Of a stretch of 64,000 nucleotides of DNA, positions 32,943 through 45,612 are shown piece by piece. The position numbers were made by a program, and so were the translations under genes. How positions within the stretch are numbered: the stretch's first letter is position 1; each line of letters opens with the position of its first letter. The notes below the pieces were generated by a model. The model saw nothing but the letters and a program-made list of their open reading frames with translations. It had not been told where the DNA came from and ran no database searches. The DNA is from Perkinsela sp. CCAP 1560/9 (lineage: Eukaryota > Protista > Euglenozoa: Kinetoplastea): assembly GCA_965644495.1 (NCBI GenBank), contig CBFFSA010000001.1:3844001-3908000 (forward strand), given 5' to 3'.

Positions 32943-33300
32943 CTTCCCCCCCGCGGAATTTTGAGTTTTTTTGTCCGTTTTTGCTCATCTTTGTTGCGAA
33001 CGAGACATCTCGTTCCCCTAGTGAAGCGCTTTGGCACTTTTTTTCATAGGGACCCCCTAGTGCTCATATGACGACCCGAAAAACAGCCAAAACAAGATTT
33101 TTGATAAATGCGAACCTTGGAAGGAAGTCTAAAACCATGTGTTTTGGACCCAGGGGGTACCAGGGGGTCCCTACAAAAAAAAGTGCATCAAAGCGCTTCA
33201 CCAGAGAAGCGAAATCTATCCAACGCTGCAAAAATGAGAAAAAACAGATAAAAAACTCAAAATTCCGCGTGGGAGGGGGGGAGATATCTTGAAACCACTG
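32943..33300. mobile_element. foldback remnant of a Tc1-type element (long imperfect inverted arms)
   Basis: CGCGGAATTTTGAGTTTTTT.. / ..AAAAAACTCAAAATTCCGCG; right arm similar to 45455-45612. Confidence 0.65.
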
Positions 33301-33349
33301 TATATCCACTTTTTTTTGCCCAGCATCACCATTCTGTTACATTGACCTG

Positions 33350-33780
33350 GACGTCAGCCCAAAATATCAGCAACGTGAAGCTATACCTTCACTATTTGAT
33401 ACAAAAGCCGTTAGCATTCGTTACCCTACCGAGGTGAAAGGTACAATCTTACAAATTTTACTCTGACGCATGTTGGTATCACTGTATGATACGCATGTTA
33501 TTCATATTCAAAACCAGCATGTGTGGTCTCATAATCATCCCAAACAGACATTCTTGTGCTGCAATGTTCGGGATGAGTGCTTCTGAACTACGGTTTGGTA
33601 CATGCATAAAGATTTCCTTGGTGCTGTTATTTCTTGACGTTTCTACGATGGTCTGGACAACTTGTGCCCCTTCTTGTCGTACACGCCGAGGCAAATTCCC
33701 ATTTTTTTATGAAAAAGCGAATTCTCCTTCACCTTCCCCTCTAGGGTCTCGACAAGGCTTTTTTGTGGAATAGAGTTTTA
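33350..33780 (-). mobile_element. Merlin/ISXO2-like transposase remnant
   Basis: VVQTIVE..FMHVPNRSSEALIPNI motif. Confidence 0.5.
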
Positions 33781-33963
33781 AATTGATTAATTTAGATTCG
33801 TCCTTCGTAAATCAATTTTTAGAGGCTAAGAGCTTACTGGAGCGGTAGTTATACATTGACGGAAATATTTTTTCTGGTCACAGTAACATTTTGCTCATTT
33901 TTCAACTAATTTTATAAGAAGTTTGTCTTCGTGTACTTGAATCAGCGAAAAATTATTTTACCT

Positions 33964-34659
33964 ATGAATCGCTCTTGCATTTCTCGTCCTGGAAAGACAC
34001 GAGGAGTAGGAATGCCGCAAGAGTATGAACTCGCACAGTTTACGCGCAGCATGCTTAATCTACATAACTCATGGAATACAAGCACAACGGCTTGTAGTTG
34101 GAGTGGAGTAAAATGTGACAAAGACGAGCGTATTATCAAAATTAAGTGGTTTGAACGTCGAATTTCCGGGGAGGCGCGCTGGGAATATTTGCCGTCGTAT
34201 TTAAATGACTTAGATGTCTCCTCCAATCAACTAGAAGGGTCACTTGATCTGACTTGTCTCCCTTCGGGACTAGATCGATTTGATGTGAGCGCAAACATGC
34301 TTTCTGGATCTGTTACTCTTCATGCTCTGCCCCCTCTGTTAAAAATGATTGACCTCTCGGACAATCGTTTTTCATCTGACATTGATCTCACTAATCTTCC
34401 ACCCGAGCTATATTTCTTTGGCATTTCGAATAACAGATGCACTGGATCATTGAATTTCGATAGTATTCCAGAAAAGCTCGATTTTTTATATTTGGATGGA
34501 AACGATTTTGATACAGAAATTGATTTTTCGCGATTTCCTACAACTCTCAATGGCTTATTTATACAAAATAATCCTAAGGTTAGGGGTGTCGTTTCAGAAA
34601 GCGTGATATCATCCCTTAAACAGTATGACTGGAAAGGAACTGAAATATTGGAAAAATAA
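33964..34659 (+). CDS. LRR-only family protein
   Basis: MPQEYEL, TTACSWSGVKC, LRRs. Confidence 0.92.
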   Translation: MNRSCISRPGKTRGVGMPQEYELAQFTRSMLNLHNSWNTSTTACSWSGVKCDKDERIIKIKWFERRISGEARWEYLPSYLNDLDVSSNQLEGSLDLTCLPSGLDRFDVSANMLSGSVTLHALPPLLKMIDLSDNRFSSDIDLTNLPPELYFFGISNNRCTGSLNFDSIPEKLDFLYLDGNDFDTEIDFSRFPTTLNGLFIQNNPKVRGVVSESVISSLKQYDWKGTEILEK

Positions 34660-34663
34660 CTTA

Positions 34664-34951
34664 CTATACCCCCCCTGCTTATGAGTTCCCCCAATTCTGG
34701 TGCGCTTATGAGTTCCTTTTTTTAAGGCGAACGTTTTTGCACCCACTTTTCGCTAAGGGATTTTTTTGAGGTAAATATAAAATCTGCTGTAAAAGCTGCT
34801 GTACAGACTTGCACACTAAGCGGATAAGCTAATTAGTGGCATTTTAGTGGCATTTTATTTAGTGCCATTTTTATGGCCCGATTTCTGGTCTGGTGCGCTT
34901 ATGAGTTCTTTTTTCTCAAAACGACGGAACTCATAAGCAGGCGGGGTATAG
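34664..34951. mobile_element. MITE with TA TSD
   Basis: CTATA-C-run-TGCTTATGAGTTCC / GGAACTCATAAGCAGGCGGGGTATAG. Confidence 0.85.
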
Positions 34952-35168
34952 TATTAATCCACATAAAAAGGTCTTATCAAATTTGCTCTGTACGAAATTT
35001 TTAGCTCGGTTGCCCGCAGTATAATTCGAACAATGTTTGCAAAATTTATTAAATTTCTTTTTTAGTTGCTTCGTTAAACGCGGTATTTGTTTTCAAATAG
35101 GCGTCACTCATCCATCCAGTGGACGTCACTCATCCATACATTCCTCTGTTGGATTGTACACTAATACA

Positions 35169-35299
35169 CTGCGGGTGAGGCCCAATATGAGATCACGCGA
35201 GATGATGTGAGATCATGCGAGATCACGTGAGATCATGCGAGATCACGCGAGATCATGCGAGATCACGTGAGATCACGCGAGATCATACCCGCAGCCCCC
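35169..35299. repeat. 10-bp GAGATCAYGY array inside short inverted ends
   Basis: About 10 units; inverted copy at 39428-39525. Confidence 0.85.
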
Positions 35300-36180
35300 A
35301 CATGTAGTTGTTAGTCCATGTCTCACAAAGCCGCATTGGTCGCGTGTGAAATTTCCGCAGTTCCGGAGGAAATCGAGAGTGACATTGCCCGGTATGCCGA
35401 AACAAGTGAATGCTAATGAAAGAAAAATGCATACCACGGGTGGAGGCCAGTTCATTATGTTTGGCTATTTTCATGACCTCCACTCTTTCTAACGTGCTAC
35501 CCGGAGCTCGCGCTTCCTTCTCGACAAAGGAATGGGCAAGTGGGTTTACCACGGTGACGTCAAGAAGAGCTAACTTGTCCCTCAACTAGAAACAAAAGTC
35601 GGGTCCTTTTCCACCATAAAATCGTGGCTCCTGTACGTCTGGGAGAAAACCGTAACGTCGAAGGAGTTCAACGAACGCGTATTTCACTTGTTGGTGGCGG
35701 GACGCAGCAGAGCTCCTGTTGACTCTTTTGCAAGCCAGAGAATGTATCACAAAATTACAGTTTTCGAATGTTTTTTCACATGCGCACTGTGCAGCGTTCG
35801 AAAACGACAATTTTATGATACATTCTCTAGATTGCAAAAGAGTCAACGGGAGCTCTGCTGCGTCCCGTCATAAACAAGTGAATATGCGTTCGTTGGGGCG
35901 ATGAAATACCTCATGCGCATCCCACTTTCCATTCCTCTGCCCGCATTAAGCACTCCGCACGGTTGGCCAGGGCTTGCTGCCAGAGACGGGAGAACTTATT
36001 GTGGATTTGTTGAAGATGTACTGCCGGGACTGAGGACGCAATGGTTTATTTGGCCAGCGAGAGGTTCTCGAAAGGGTCGGGAACGATCCGAACACTTGAT
36101 TTATATCCTGTCGGTGCTTATAACTGGCTTTGTCTGCGAATGGCAAGGTGCTGAGGTGGTCAGCTGTAATGAAGGATGAT
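35300..36180 (-). mobile_element. decayed CRE-like non-LTR retrotransposon 3' part (CCHC + RLE)
   Basis: CAC..HSLAC..RH..VK..EP..PD..LLDVTVVNP..K..K; in-frame stop and an internal tandem duplication. Confidence 0.75.
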
Positions 36181-36453
36181 TGGAAACAATTTTTCCCCTA
36201 GGCCACCTTGACCACCCATTGGAAAAGAAGCGCAATTCTATTAATAAAAAAAGCATTCTTAGTTTGCAATAGTATTTTTTGCGAGCTGCATATTTAGCTC
36301 TACGTACGTGGACCGCTTTAGTAAATACAATCTAGGAATGGTTAGCTCTTTTGAATCGCAATTGAATGATCGGTGTTCATTCTTAGTTTTAGGAACAAAA
36401 AAAATATTTTTTCTGTCAATGAACAAATCCAACTACGAAGAATTGTTTTAATT

Positions 36454-37443
36454 ATGGAGCCATTCTTTCAGAGAATTTTAGGCATGTACGAAGAGATATG
36501 GGGTCGCGTCAACAATGTGATGGAAGGAAGTATCAAATCCGATCGAAAGGTTACGCGTCTTCAGGAAACGCTTTCTCTTCTCAAGGAAGATCGAGAAGCA
36601 CGCCTCCAGATTATGCAGAACAAGAACAATGTGTTAAGAACTCGTCTTGACGCCACTTTAGAGAAAAGGCAAGGAAAGATAGCCGCGTACGAAGCAGAAG
36701 CAGAACCACTTCTTCGAAGTATTGATAAAGAGAGTATTTTTAAAATGCTCTGCGAGGATTTTCAAGGTACACTGCGTCAACAATCTGCAATACTCAAAGA
36801 TTATATACATCACTCGAACCAAGGAACACTTTTCCACACATTGTGTGACGATATTTTAGTAGCGAATTGCTTTCTTAAATCTCAAGAAAAATCAACCCCA
36901 TACATTAAAAGTTCTCTTTCGCAAAAAACACCCCAGATTTGTATAGAGAATCTATTGACCAGTACCGCTCCGGAAGACGGAATAATGCCAGGCAATAGAA
37001 CAGGCAAGTCTATGGTGCGAGGTCATTTTTCTGCAACGAATGAAATTCCTAGAATATTTTTTCCGTTGCCCAAAATATGTGTTCAACAGAGTTTTTTAAC
37101 GGAAGACGACACGCCGCAGTCTTCTTTGGAAGTGAAAACGTCTTTAAGGCAAGATGCTCCAGTCGACGAAACAAAAATGTATTCTTTCGAACACAACATC
37201 CAAGTCTTGAGTAATACTGGGCCTCACGAACAGTTTAATGATATGGAAACTCAAGCTACACTAGAAAAAGAAGGCTGCGCTTCTACGAATGGACTACTTA
37301 ATGTCACTCGCAGTCCTGAAAATGATTTTCTGCTTCAAAACAATATGCGTCTTTTACGTGCGAGAGTAAATCAACAAACAGTCACTCTATTGCAACACTT
37401 GCTTCCGCACGGAGCAGAGAGTGCGGTGGAGGACAATAATTAA
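36454..37443 (+). CDS. hypothetical protein with N-terminal coiled coil
   Basis: Long ORF on the cluster strand. Confidence 0.65.
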   Translation: MEPFFQRILGMYEEIWGRVNNVMEGSIKSDRKVTRLQETLSLLKEDREARLQIMQNKNNVLRTRLDATLEKRQGKIAAYEAEAEPLLRSIDKESIFKMLCEDFQGTLRQQSAILKDYIHHSNQGTLFHTLCDDILVANCFLKSQEKSTPYIKSSLSQKTPQICIENLLTSTAPEDGIMPGNRTGKSMVRGHFSATNEIPRIFFPLPKICVQQSFLTEDDTPQSSLEVKTSLRQDAPVDETKMYSFEHNIQVLSNTGPHEQFNDMETQATLEKEGCASTNGLLNVTRSPENDFLLQNNMRLLRARVNQQTVTLLQHLLPHGAESAVEDNN

Positions 37444-37638
37444 CTAAGTACGAAAAACGGTGACATACATCTTACACTGAACTCAATAAGTTTGGAAATA
37501 ACTGACAGCCTAAGGTTCGGAATAGCTAACATTGTAAATATGTTTTCAAATTTCACATACTACTTTAGTGCTCTACAGAAATATTGTTTCGTTTTTTCTT
37601 CGGTACAATCTCTTTTTTAAAAAGTTTTCAAAAGAAAC

Positions 37639-38430
37639 GTGAAACACGCTCTGGTGGCACTTTTACCATTGAATCCCATCTCTTTGACAGGGAGCACTAA
37701 AATAGAAAAAGAAATGTTTTTTATATGTAAATCTATCGTAGTATCACTGAACATGAAAACTGATGAAAACATTGTTCGCGGCGTTCGCGTCTCCAACCTT
37801 CTGACATTCGCGGATGTTTCATCTATTCGAAAAGGAAAAGTTCGAGGTGCATCTCTGCCGCAGGAGTACGATCTGACGCGAGTGGTTGGAGGAATAGACG
37901 ATCTGCATCGTTCGTGGAATACAGAAACTCCGGCTTGCCAATGGGATGGTGTACACTGTCGTTCCTTCCCTCATGTTGTCTCTATGGCATGGAGTACTCG
38001 TCGTCTACAAGGTACCGTAGCCCTGCAATATTTGCCCACAACTCTGCAAACTTTATATCTAAATGCCAATCACCTGCACGGAGAAATTATTCTCACGCAA
38101 CTCCCTTCTCAAATCACCTACGTGAATCTAAGTGAGAATAAATTTATCGGGTCGTTGGATTTGACCCGACTCCCCTCATCCTTGGGGAACCTGTTTCTGG
38201 ATACTAATCGTTTTAGTGGGGAAGTCATGTTGGAATGTCTCCCGAGCAGACTTAAGGCATTCTCTGTTCGATGCAATTCGGGGTTGTGCGGCAGTGTTCG
38301 TCGGTCTCGGTTGCCACGTTCCTTGGATTGGGGTAAACCGGCGGCGGAGTACTATTCATGGATGGGTACGTATGCCTTTGATGTGCGAGATACAGCCATA
38401 GTGCTTGTGGAGGATGATACGGGAGATTAA
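37639..38430 (+). CDS. LRR-only family protein (start uncertain)
   Basis: KVRGASLPQEYDL, TPACQWDGVHC, LRRs. Confidence 0.88.
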   Translation: MKHALVALLPLNPISLTGSTKIEKEMFFICKSIVVSLNMKTDENIVRGVRVSNLLTFADVSSIRKGKVRGASLPQEYDLTRVVGGIDDLHRSWNTETPACQWDGVHCRSFPHVVSMAWSTRRLQGTVALQYLPTTLQTLYLNANHLHGEIILTQLPSQITYVNLSENKFIGSLDLTRLPSSLGNLFLDTNRFSGEVMLECLPSRLKAFSVRCNSGLCGSVRRSRLPRSLDWGKPAAEYYSWMGTYAFDVRDTAIVLVEDDTGD

Positions 38431-39427
38431 TAGAGTACTAAGTAACAGTTGTAAGGGTAGAGTAAGGGATATACTTATTTCAGTGTAACTGTCTAGTGAT
38501 ACATGTAGCTGTCTAGGATTATACTGAGAAAAATTATAAAACATTTATGTACTGTATTATAGATGCCCACTCAAAAATAGGTAGCTTCCCAGTGACTCCT
38601 CCCGCTCCGAATTCGCCTTGCAATATAGTCCGCGAATCGCGCGGGTTATATTACGGAACGAACCTACGGCACGAACTCTACATTCCATGAGCCCCATGCG
38701 AGTTCCAATGTGTTGCTCTCTCTCAGGGATGACTCTCTCACTATGCAAATAGCGATGGGGATGAAAGTTAATTTGTTAATTAATTGTAAATTAATTGTGG
38801 TAATTTGTTAATAGTAAATTAATTAATTAACTGCTAAGGTGTGATACTCCCCTTCTCAGAAGTTCGTCTTTTTCATTCGAAATTCATTACTTGAGGGGCT
38901 GCGAGTGAGGCCCAAGACGAGATCACGCGAGATCATACTTCTGCATTCCTAGGATTTTGTTCGTTAATATCGTGCGTCTCACTTTTGTCGGACTCGACAC
39001 TTGGTCAGTATTCAAAATCCTGCGCATGCTTACTCGATTTCTGAAACTTGTGGTTTGACTCGCTCGAGTCACGAGTGACGGCCTTCTGGCCATCATCAAC
39101 GGCCTGTAAAGTAAGCATGTTCCGAGGTCAACGTCCTCTACCAGTTTTCGCTTTTCCAAGGACGCACCAACGTGCTGTCACCAACACGCTGCGTCGACGA
39201 ATTGTACGTCAACACAACTTACGCAAGAGGCGTAAGTCGGGTAAGGGAGTTGGTTTCCTGGGAGGTGTGTCCGGGACGCTCCTCCGAGTACTGAGCCTAG
39301 TCGGTACTGAGCCCAGCTTAGAGTGAGGCCGCCCGGTAGTATACGATAGTCGGGATTCGAACTCGACGTCTGAGAGCATCTGCTCCAAACTTTCGCATCC
39401 TGGAGTAAGTGGCTTACAATTGGGTTA

Positions 39428-39525
39428 CAATTGAGGGGCTGCGGGTATGATCTCACGTGATCTCGTATGATCTCACGTGATCTCGCGTGATCTCATATTG
39501 GGCCTCACCCGAAGCCCCTCAATTG
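39428..39525. mobile_element. 98-bp mini-MITE with internal 10-bp array, TA flanked
   Basis: CAATTGAGGGGCTGCGGGT ... ACCCGAAGCCCCTCAATTG. Confidence 0.75.
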
Positions 39526-39898
39526 TAGGCTACAACTTACAACCAAAAAGCGTACCGATTTTTTTGCAAATTATTTGGGGGGGGGGGGGCATAGTACATG
39601 TACTGTAACTACAATTGTAATAGTACATGTACTGTGACCCCCCCTTTAATGTACCCCCCCTTAACTTACAAGCCACTTACTCCAGGGTGTTAACTTTGTG
39701 TTCTTACCAACTACGCTACCTCACCCTAATGGTACGGTGCTTAGTATGTAGTTTAGCATTGTGCGAAATACCGTACTACGGAGATGTATCACACAACATT
39801 TGTGTGCAACAAAGTCATTCCGTCCATCCTTATTTTTGATTCTAAGCATATTTATATACCTATTATAAAATAGTATATTGCATATTTATTTGCATATA

Positions 39899-41459
39899 CA
39901 GGGGGGGCCATGAAAACTGACTAGCTTCGCATTTTAGCCTCGTGAGGCCGTTTGAGCTAATTTTTGTTGCAAACGAGAGATCTCGTTCTGAATATCGTGT
40001 CTACGCTATTTAGAACTCGTTTGTATAAACCTGATATTTTGCATTTCGAAAATACTGAAATTTAAGACGATTTATTTTGCAAAAAGCATAAAAAATAGTA
40101 AAAAAGTTGGTTTTCTCTTCTTTTTTCTTCACTATGGGCAAGCGGCATAGATTAAACCGTCGCCAATTGTCCCCAGAGCAGTCTTCGTATTCCATACGCA
40201 TTGTTTGCGCACACGAAAGACATCGTGGTACAAGTATTGAAGACACGGCACGAATGATGAACTGTTCTGAGAGCTCTGTCTATCGGTACAAGGCACGTTT
40301 TGATGAGTCAGGTGACGTGGCACGTGCGAGCTACTCGCGCGATAATGCCGTTGATACGGAGGAATTCCGTGCTATGCTCTGTACCCTTGTTGATGATGAG
40401 AAAGACACGCCATTCGGGTGTCCGGGGTTTAAATGGGTACACAAGAGAGTGGACAAGACACTTTATCCTTGTAGTCTGAACATCGTAAAACGGAGTTTGA
40501 AAAGGATGGGATACGTCATTAAGACTATGTCACACAAACCTTTCTTAACTGCTGGGCACAAGGCTGCCCGATTACAACTTGTTGATTACTTCGATGGATG
40601 GAGTCCAGATCAGCTGTCCCGTGTGGTATGGTGTGACGAGAAGACTTTCCGATGTGGTTCACATGGGAAAAAAATCACATATCTTGCAAAAATCACTGAC
40701 CCCCCCAAGGAAACACCAGTAGAAATGGATAGGTGGTACGGGGGGAAGGGAGTGCATGTATTCATGGCAACCAGTCTGCGTTGGGAAGTACCCGATGCGT
40801 GTTTCCACGAGTTTTCCCAGAATGAAACCGTAACAAACGAAGTTTTTCTGAGAACAATGAAGAAGCGAAATGGGTTTTTTAACTGGATGCATCGGCGGCC
40901 GGGGGCTGCTGTTGTCCTTGACAATGCGCCAGGGCACGGGGCAGCCCGGAGAATAGGTAAGCTGGAAGGAATTAAAATTATTGACTGGCCTTCGAAATCT
41001 CCTGATCTCAATTTGATTGAGAATTTGTGGAGTATGATGGATAAGTACATCCACACCCATCTTCGTCCGAAAAATCGAACGGAATTGCAAGCTGCTATTC
41101 CTAAGGCGAAGGACTACGTGTTGGCAGAATGTCACGAGGCGTATGTGAACACGTTACAGAGTCCTCCCACACGCCTCGCTACTCTACGTGAGCGTGGAGG
41201 TGGGAATACTGGATATTAAGACTTAGTTTCTACCGCGAAAGGCCAAAAATTACTATTTTGCGCTCTTTTTTCAATTTGCAAAATCTCAAAAATTTCAGTT
41301 TTTCTACCCATGGGAAAGGCTTGCTTTCATCAGTTTTTGTACTCTAAATAGCGTAGACACGATATTCAGAACGAGATCTCTCGTTTGCAACAAAAATTAG
41401 CTCAAACGGCCTCACGAGGCTAAAATGCGAAGCTAGTCAGTTTTCGTGCCCCCCCCCTG
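39899..41459 (+). mobile_element. intact Tc1-like transposon with ~115-bp near-perfect TIRs and TA TSD
   Basis: CAG-G-run-CCATGAAAACTGACTAGC.. / ..GCTAGTCAGTTTTCGTG-C-run-TG. Confidence 0.95.
40134..41219 (+). CDS. Tc1-like transposase (DD32E)
   Basis: HTH region, WCDEKTF, DNAPGH, WPSKSPDLNLIENLW, GGNTGY. Confidence 0.95.
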   Translation: MGKRHRLNRRQLSPEQSSYSIRIVCAHERHRGTSIEDTARMMNCSESSVYRYKARFDESGDVARASYSRDNAVDTEEFRAMLCTLVDDEKDTPFGCPGFKWVHKRVDKTLYPCSLNIVKRSLKRMGYVIKTMSHKPFLTAGHKAARLQLVDYFDGWSPDQLSRVVWCDEKTFRCGSHGKKITYLAKITDPPKETPVEMDRWYGGKGVHVFMATSLRWEVPDACFHEFSQNETVTNEVFLRTMKKRNGFFNWMHRRPGAAVVLDNAPGHGAARRIGKLEGIKIIDWPSKSPDLNLIENLWSMMDKYIHTHLRPKNRTELQAAIPKAKDYVLAECHEAYVNTLQSPPTRLATLRERGGGNTGY

Positions 41460-41565
41460 TATACATGCATGTATATTTATACAGGGGCATATATATGCAT
41501 ATTGCATATTTATTTGCATATATAAATACTGTATATTTATATACAGGGGCATATATATATTTATA

Positions 41566-42326
41566 CAGTCCAGGTACTGGTTTCCCCCCCCCAGGCTCCA
41601 GAGCACACCGTAAGAGCTTTTGACCTAAATCCTTCGGCATTCAACAGATCTCGAAAAACTAGAGCGTTTCCCGCCGTTTGCGTGCCTATCACCCCCCCTG
41701 GGTCAAAAATATTTAGAAAAAAAACCATAAGTTTACTAAAAAATTCCAATATTTCGAAAATTTGGGAGTTTTTTATTCAAATATGGTTTCTCATTCTATG
41801 AATTTGAGGGATACTCCCGCCAAATCTACTAAAGACCAGTACTAAAGACCAGTACAACTCGACGAAAAGCAAGATACCCCCTATTACCCATAAAACGTCA
41901 CGATGTGCACTCGCAGAGCGCCTTAACCGAATTGTTAAGGAAAATTTGAAACCAGAGACTGAAAAACAGCTCCGGAAGGCGCTAAAGAATGATGCTTAAG
42001 CGTCATCCTTATGGACGCCAATTCTTAATTTGCATAAATTCAGTTCCTAAAAGCTTACGAATTGTGCGGAGCGTTCAAGGAGACCATTGTAGGTACTAAT
42101 ATATAGGAATCTATACACATTTTTTTCATTTCTCCCCCCTCTCAAAAATACTTTTTGAAATTTGCCAACTTTCACCACGCCCACCTAGGACCCAGGGGGG
42201 GTGACAGGCAAAGCAACTTTGGGAAACGCACTAGTTTTTCGAGATCTGTCGAATGCCGAAGGAATTAGGTCAAAAGTCTTACGGCGCGCTCTGGAGCCTG
42301 GGGGGGGAAAACCAATACCTGGACTG
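41566..42326. mobile_element. MITE with ~140-bp TIRs and TA TSD
   Basis: CAGTCCAGGTACTGGTTT.. / ..AAACCAATACCTGGACTG. Confidence 0.9.
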
Positions 42327-42330
42327 TATA

Positions 42331-43400
42331 CTGTGACCCCCCCCTTTAATACGGACCCCCCTGACCCCCCCTTTAATACGGATTTTTTTTGGAGAAATTT
42401 TTTACCTTCCAATTTCGATTTTCGGAGAAAACTAGTTTTTTGGCTTAGACGTCTATTTTGAGCAAGGTCAAAAATGTTGAAGTGCATTTTCTTCAGCTTT
42501 CTTCATTTTTGTTTTTAGAATTTGATTCAGGAAATATTATTAGTAACAACACCATGTCTCATCAGTGTGATACTTCATCCCATGGTACAAATGGTCCGCT
42601 CACCTCATGGATCAGGAAACATCCACCGAAGCCGCGAATCGGCGACGAATCTCATTTATCACTCGACCTAGGTACGACACCTCCGGCAAAAGTACAGGGG
42701 AAGCGAGTCCGTAATGATTTGCCGTTCCCGTAGAGATTTGCCGTTCCACGATTACAATCAAAGGGCTAATGAAGAAATACGACCTTTCTCGTAGCTCTGT
42801 GTATGAGATACGGAGTAAAGGTTTAAATTATTACCAGACCATAATTAATAGTTCAAGAGGAAGATCCTGTAGGAACAGAGGGTTTAACACAAAAGGGGGG
42901 GACTACAATAATCCAGACGCAGTAGTCTATGATAAGGCTGCTGCCATGCGACGCGTCCATGCCTCTTGTGAACAGGCATCTTCCCTTTGGTGCCCTCTAA
43001 CAAGGAGTATCGTAATAGATATGATACGGTTAAGCACTGGTTTAACTTCAATGAATGCTTTGGAGGATACGTATTTTCGTTTTCGAAGATACTACGGATG
43101 GGTCTGGAGGCGCTGGGGCAGAATACAGTGTCTCGCTCCGGCTAACGTTGAAACCCGCGTTTCGCGCTGGGCTGAGAAGCTCTACGTACAAAATTCGGTA
43201 CGACATTACCGGTTTACTCTTTTTGGAGACGAAACAGCGATGTTCGTAAACGGGGAGGTGCAAGGATATACTCTTGCCCAAATTGGGTGTCCTCAACCAA
43301 AGGTTGTCGAACGCGAATCTTGCGTCCCGAACATCTTCTCACTGCATCGCTGTCGCCGCGCTTTGGCTGGAGCCACCGACGTTATGTCTTGGGACTGAAT
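42331..43400 (+). mobile_element. truncated pogo-like element (left TIR plus transposase 5' part)
   Basis: Left end matches the 13165 family; ORF 42769-43398 has KKYDLSRSSVYEI and FGDETAMF. Confidence 0.65.
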
Positions 43401-43610
43401 AGCTGCTGCTCACAATTCTATGAGTTTGAATAAATACAATCATATGAGTCTGAATAAATTACGCGGTGTGTTGTCGAGTGGAGAGTTTGCACTTCCTTTC
43501 ACTCCTTTCGCGTGCGTTTCATTGCTATTTCCGAGGAGATGACACACTAGTTGATGATATTTTTCGGCGGTGATGGAATCGCGGGGAAGAGGGAGGATGT
43601 TTCGATAGCT

Positions 43611-43808
43611 ATGTAACCCAGGATAAAGTGGACGAGGGAGGTTCTAAAAGCACCTTTAAACCACCACAAAAATGGAATGATATCTCCCGGTTTGTAAAGG
43701 ATTCCGACGTGCCAAAAGAATCTTTAAGGGACAAAGCCTTCCATTTTTATGGTGGTTTGCCAAAGGTGCTTTTAGTATCTCCCTTGTCCACTTTAGCTTG
43801 GGTTACAT
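43611..43808. mobile_element. small MITE
   Basis: ATGTAACCCAGGATAAAGTGGACGAGGGAG / CTCCCTTGTCCACTTTAGCTTGGGTTACAT. Confidence 0.6.
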
Positions 43809-44126
43809 TTTTTTCAGAATTTCTTGTCATATCATACGTATGTAAGCGTGTAAGAACGCATGTAGAGGCGTGTGTATGTCCTTCACAAGCGGAGAGGACT
43901 CAAAAAATATCACTTGTAAAGTGAAAAAAACTTTATAGTTTTCTTATAGTTTTATAGTAAAATATAGTAAATATAGTACTATATAGTAACTATATTCAAT
44001 GAAAAAAACTATATTTTACTATATTATAGTTTCTGCGAACCCTGTTTTTAATCATATTCAGAAAAAGTAACACCAACGAAAAAAATATATTTAAAAATGC
44101 TTATCCTAGAAGAAAACCACAACGAA

Positions 44127-45612
44127 TCAATAACCAGAATGTCCTCCATTGTTTTGCAGTACTTTTCGAAGCCTATTCGGAACCGAATCAATGGAGTTTA
44201 ACACTTTTTGTTTCTCAGGGGATCGTTTTAGAAAGGAAAAAGCTTTTTTAATGGCTTGTGCAAGGGTGGCGTGATCGTGAGGCTTAATTTTGTTTTTTAT
44301 AATTTTATCCATTTGTCCCCAAACATTTTCAATAGGATTTAGATCAGGCGAGTTTGGCGGCCAAGATAGAAATTTTATATTATTTCTTCTTAATTCGGCC
44401 TTCGCCATATTGTGGGTCGTGGCGTTGTCCATTTGGACCGTGACATCCCTCAAATGATTTTTGAGGTAAGCTAAAAAGCCGTTCGGTTTTTGAAACGCCT
44501 CAAGAATCACTTCCCCAGAGACCTTGTGTGTGTTATCATAACTTGTGCGGTCATTAGGCTCAAAAACATGCAAAAAAAAGCCATGCTGAACGCTTATTCC
44601 CATCCAGGCCATCACGCCCTTTCCCCCATACCATCTCCGGTTTCTCCGGCGAGGTTTTCTTGGACCCCCTTTTTTTGTAATGTAAAACTGAGAACCGTGG
44701 ACCCCACAGGTAAACAACTTCTCATCTGTCCAAATAATTTTATTCAAATCATCTTTTGGCCATAAAAGCAATTCATTTGCCAGCCGCAGGCGCTGCAATT
44801 TGTGATCTTCTGTTAGGTCACAATTAGGCCCTTTGGCCAATCTGCCATAATTTTTTGCTCTTAAAATAGACTTAACCTTACTTAAGGAACATTCATATCC
44901 CATATTTAAAACCTGTTCATGTACCCAACTATACGTCAGGCACCCATCTTCTTTTTCATTTTCTTCATCCACAATGTCTTTTAAAAGTGAGGTGAAACGT
45001 CGTGAAGGTTTCTTTTTACCCGGCGCTTTTTAAGGTGAAAGATCTTCACCTTCTCTCCATTTTTTTATGAAACGGCTTATTGTACGGCGAGCGCGTCCAA
45101 AGTTTTTCGCGAGCCGATGAACACTTATACCATTCTTGTATTGTTTTATTATTTCGAGACGCTCTGAAAGAGACACTTCTATAGTGCCTTTGTGCGATAT
45201 TGGGGGGGTAGTTTTGCCTATTATCTTTCCACCCTTCTACATATTCACCACTTTTAGGGTTAGTCGGTCTTGTATTCATGTTGTTGAGGTTTGAAAAACT
45301 CTATTAAATAGCTATTGATGTTTCTACAGAAACATTGCTTGAGCATAAAGAAATTAGAAGACTATTTAAGCTTACACACATTCAAATAAACCACAAAAAC
45401 ATGAAATTATCGGGAAAAAATGGTTGTGTACACAGAACACGTCCAAAAAACAGTGTTTTTTGGACCCAGGGGGCACCAGGGGGTCTCTATAAAAAAAGGC
45501 GGCAAAGCTCTTCGCTAGGGGAACGAGATCTCTTCAATGCTGCAAAGATGAGCAAAAACGGATAAAAAAATTAAAATTTCCCAGGAGGGGGCAAGATCAA
45601 CAACCGCCCCTG
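44127..45612 (-). mobile_element. Tc1-like element with disrupted transposase (DD32E)
   Basis: ORFs 45046-45279 and 44127-44972: WTDEKLF, RWYGGKGV, DNATTH, WPPNSPDLNPIENVW; one TIR-like end at 45612. Confidence 0.85.
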
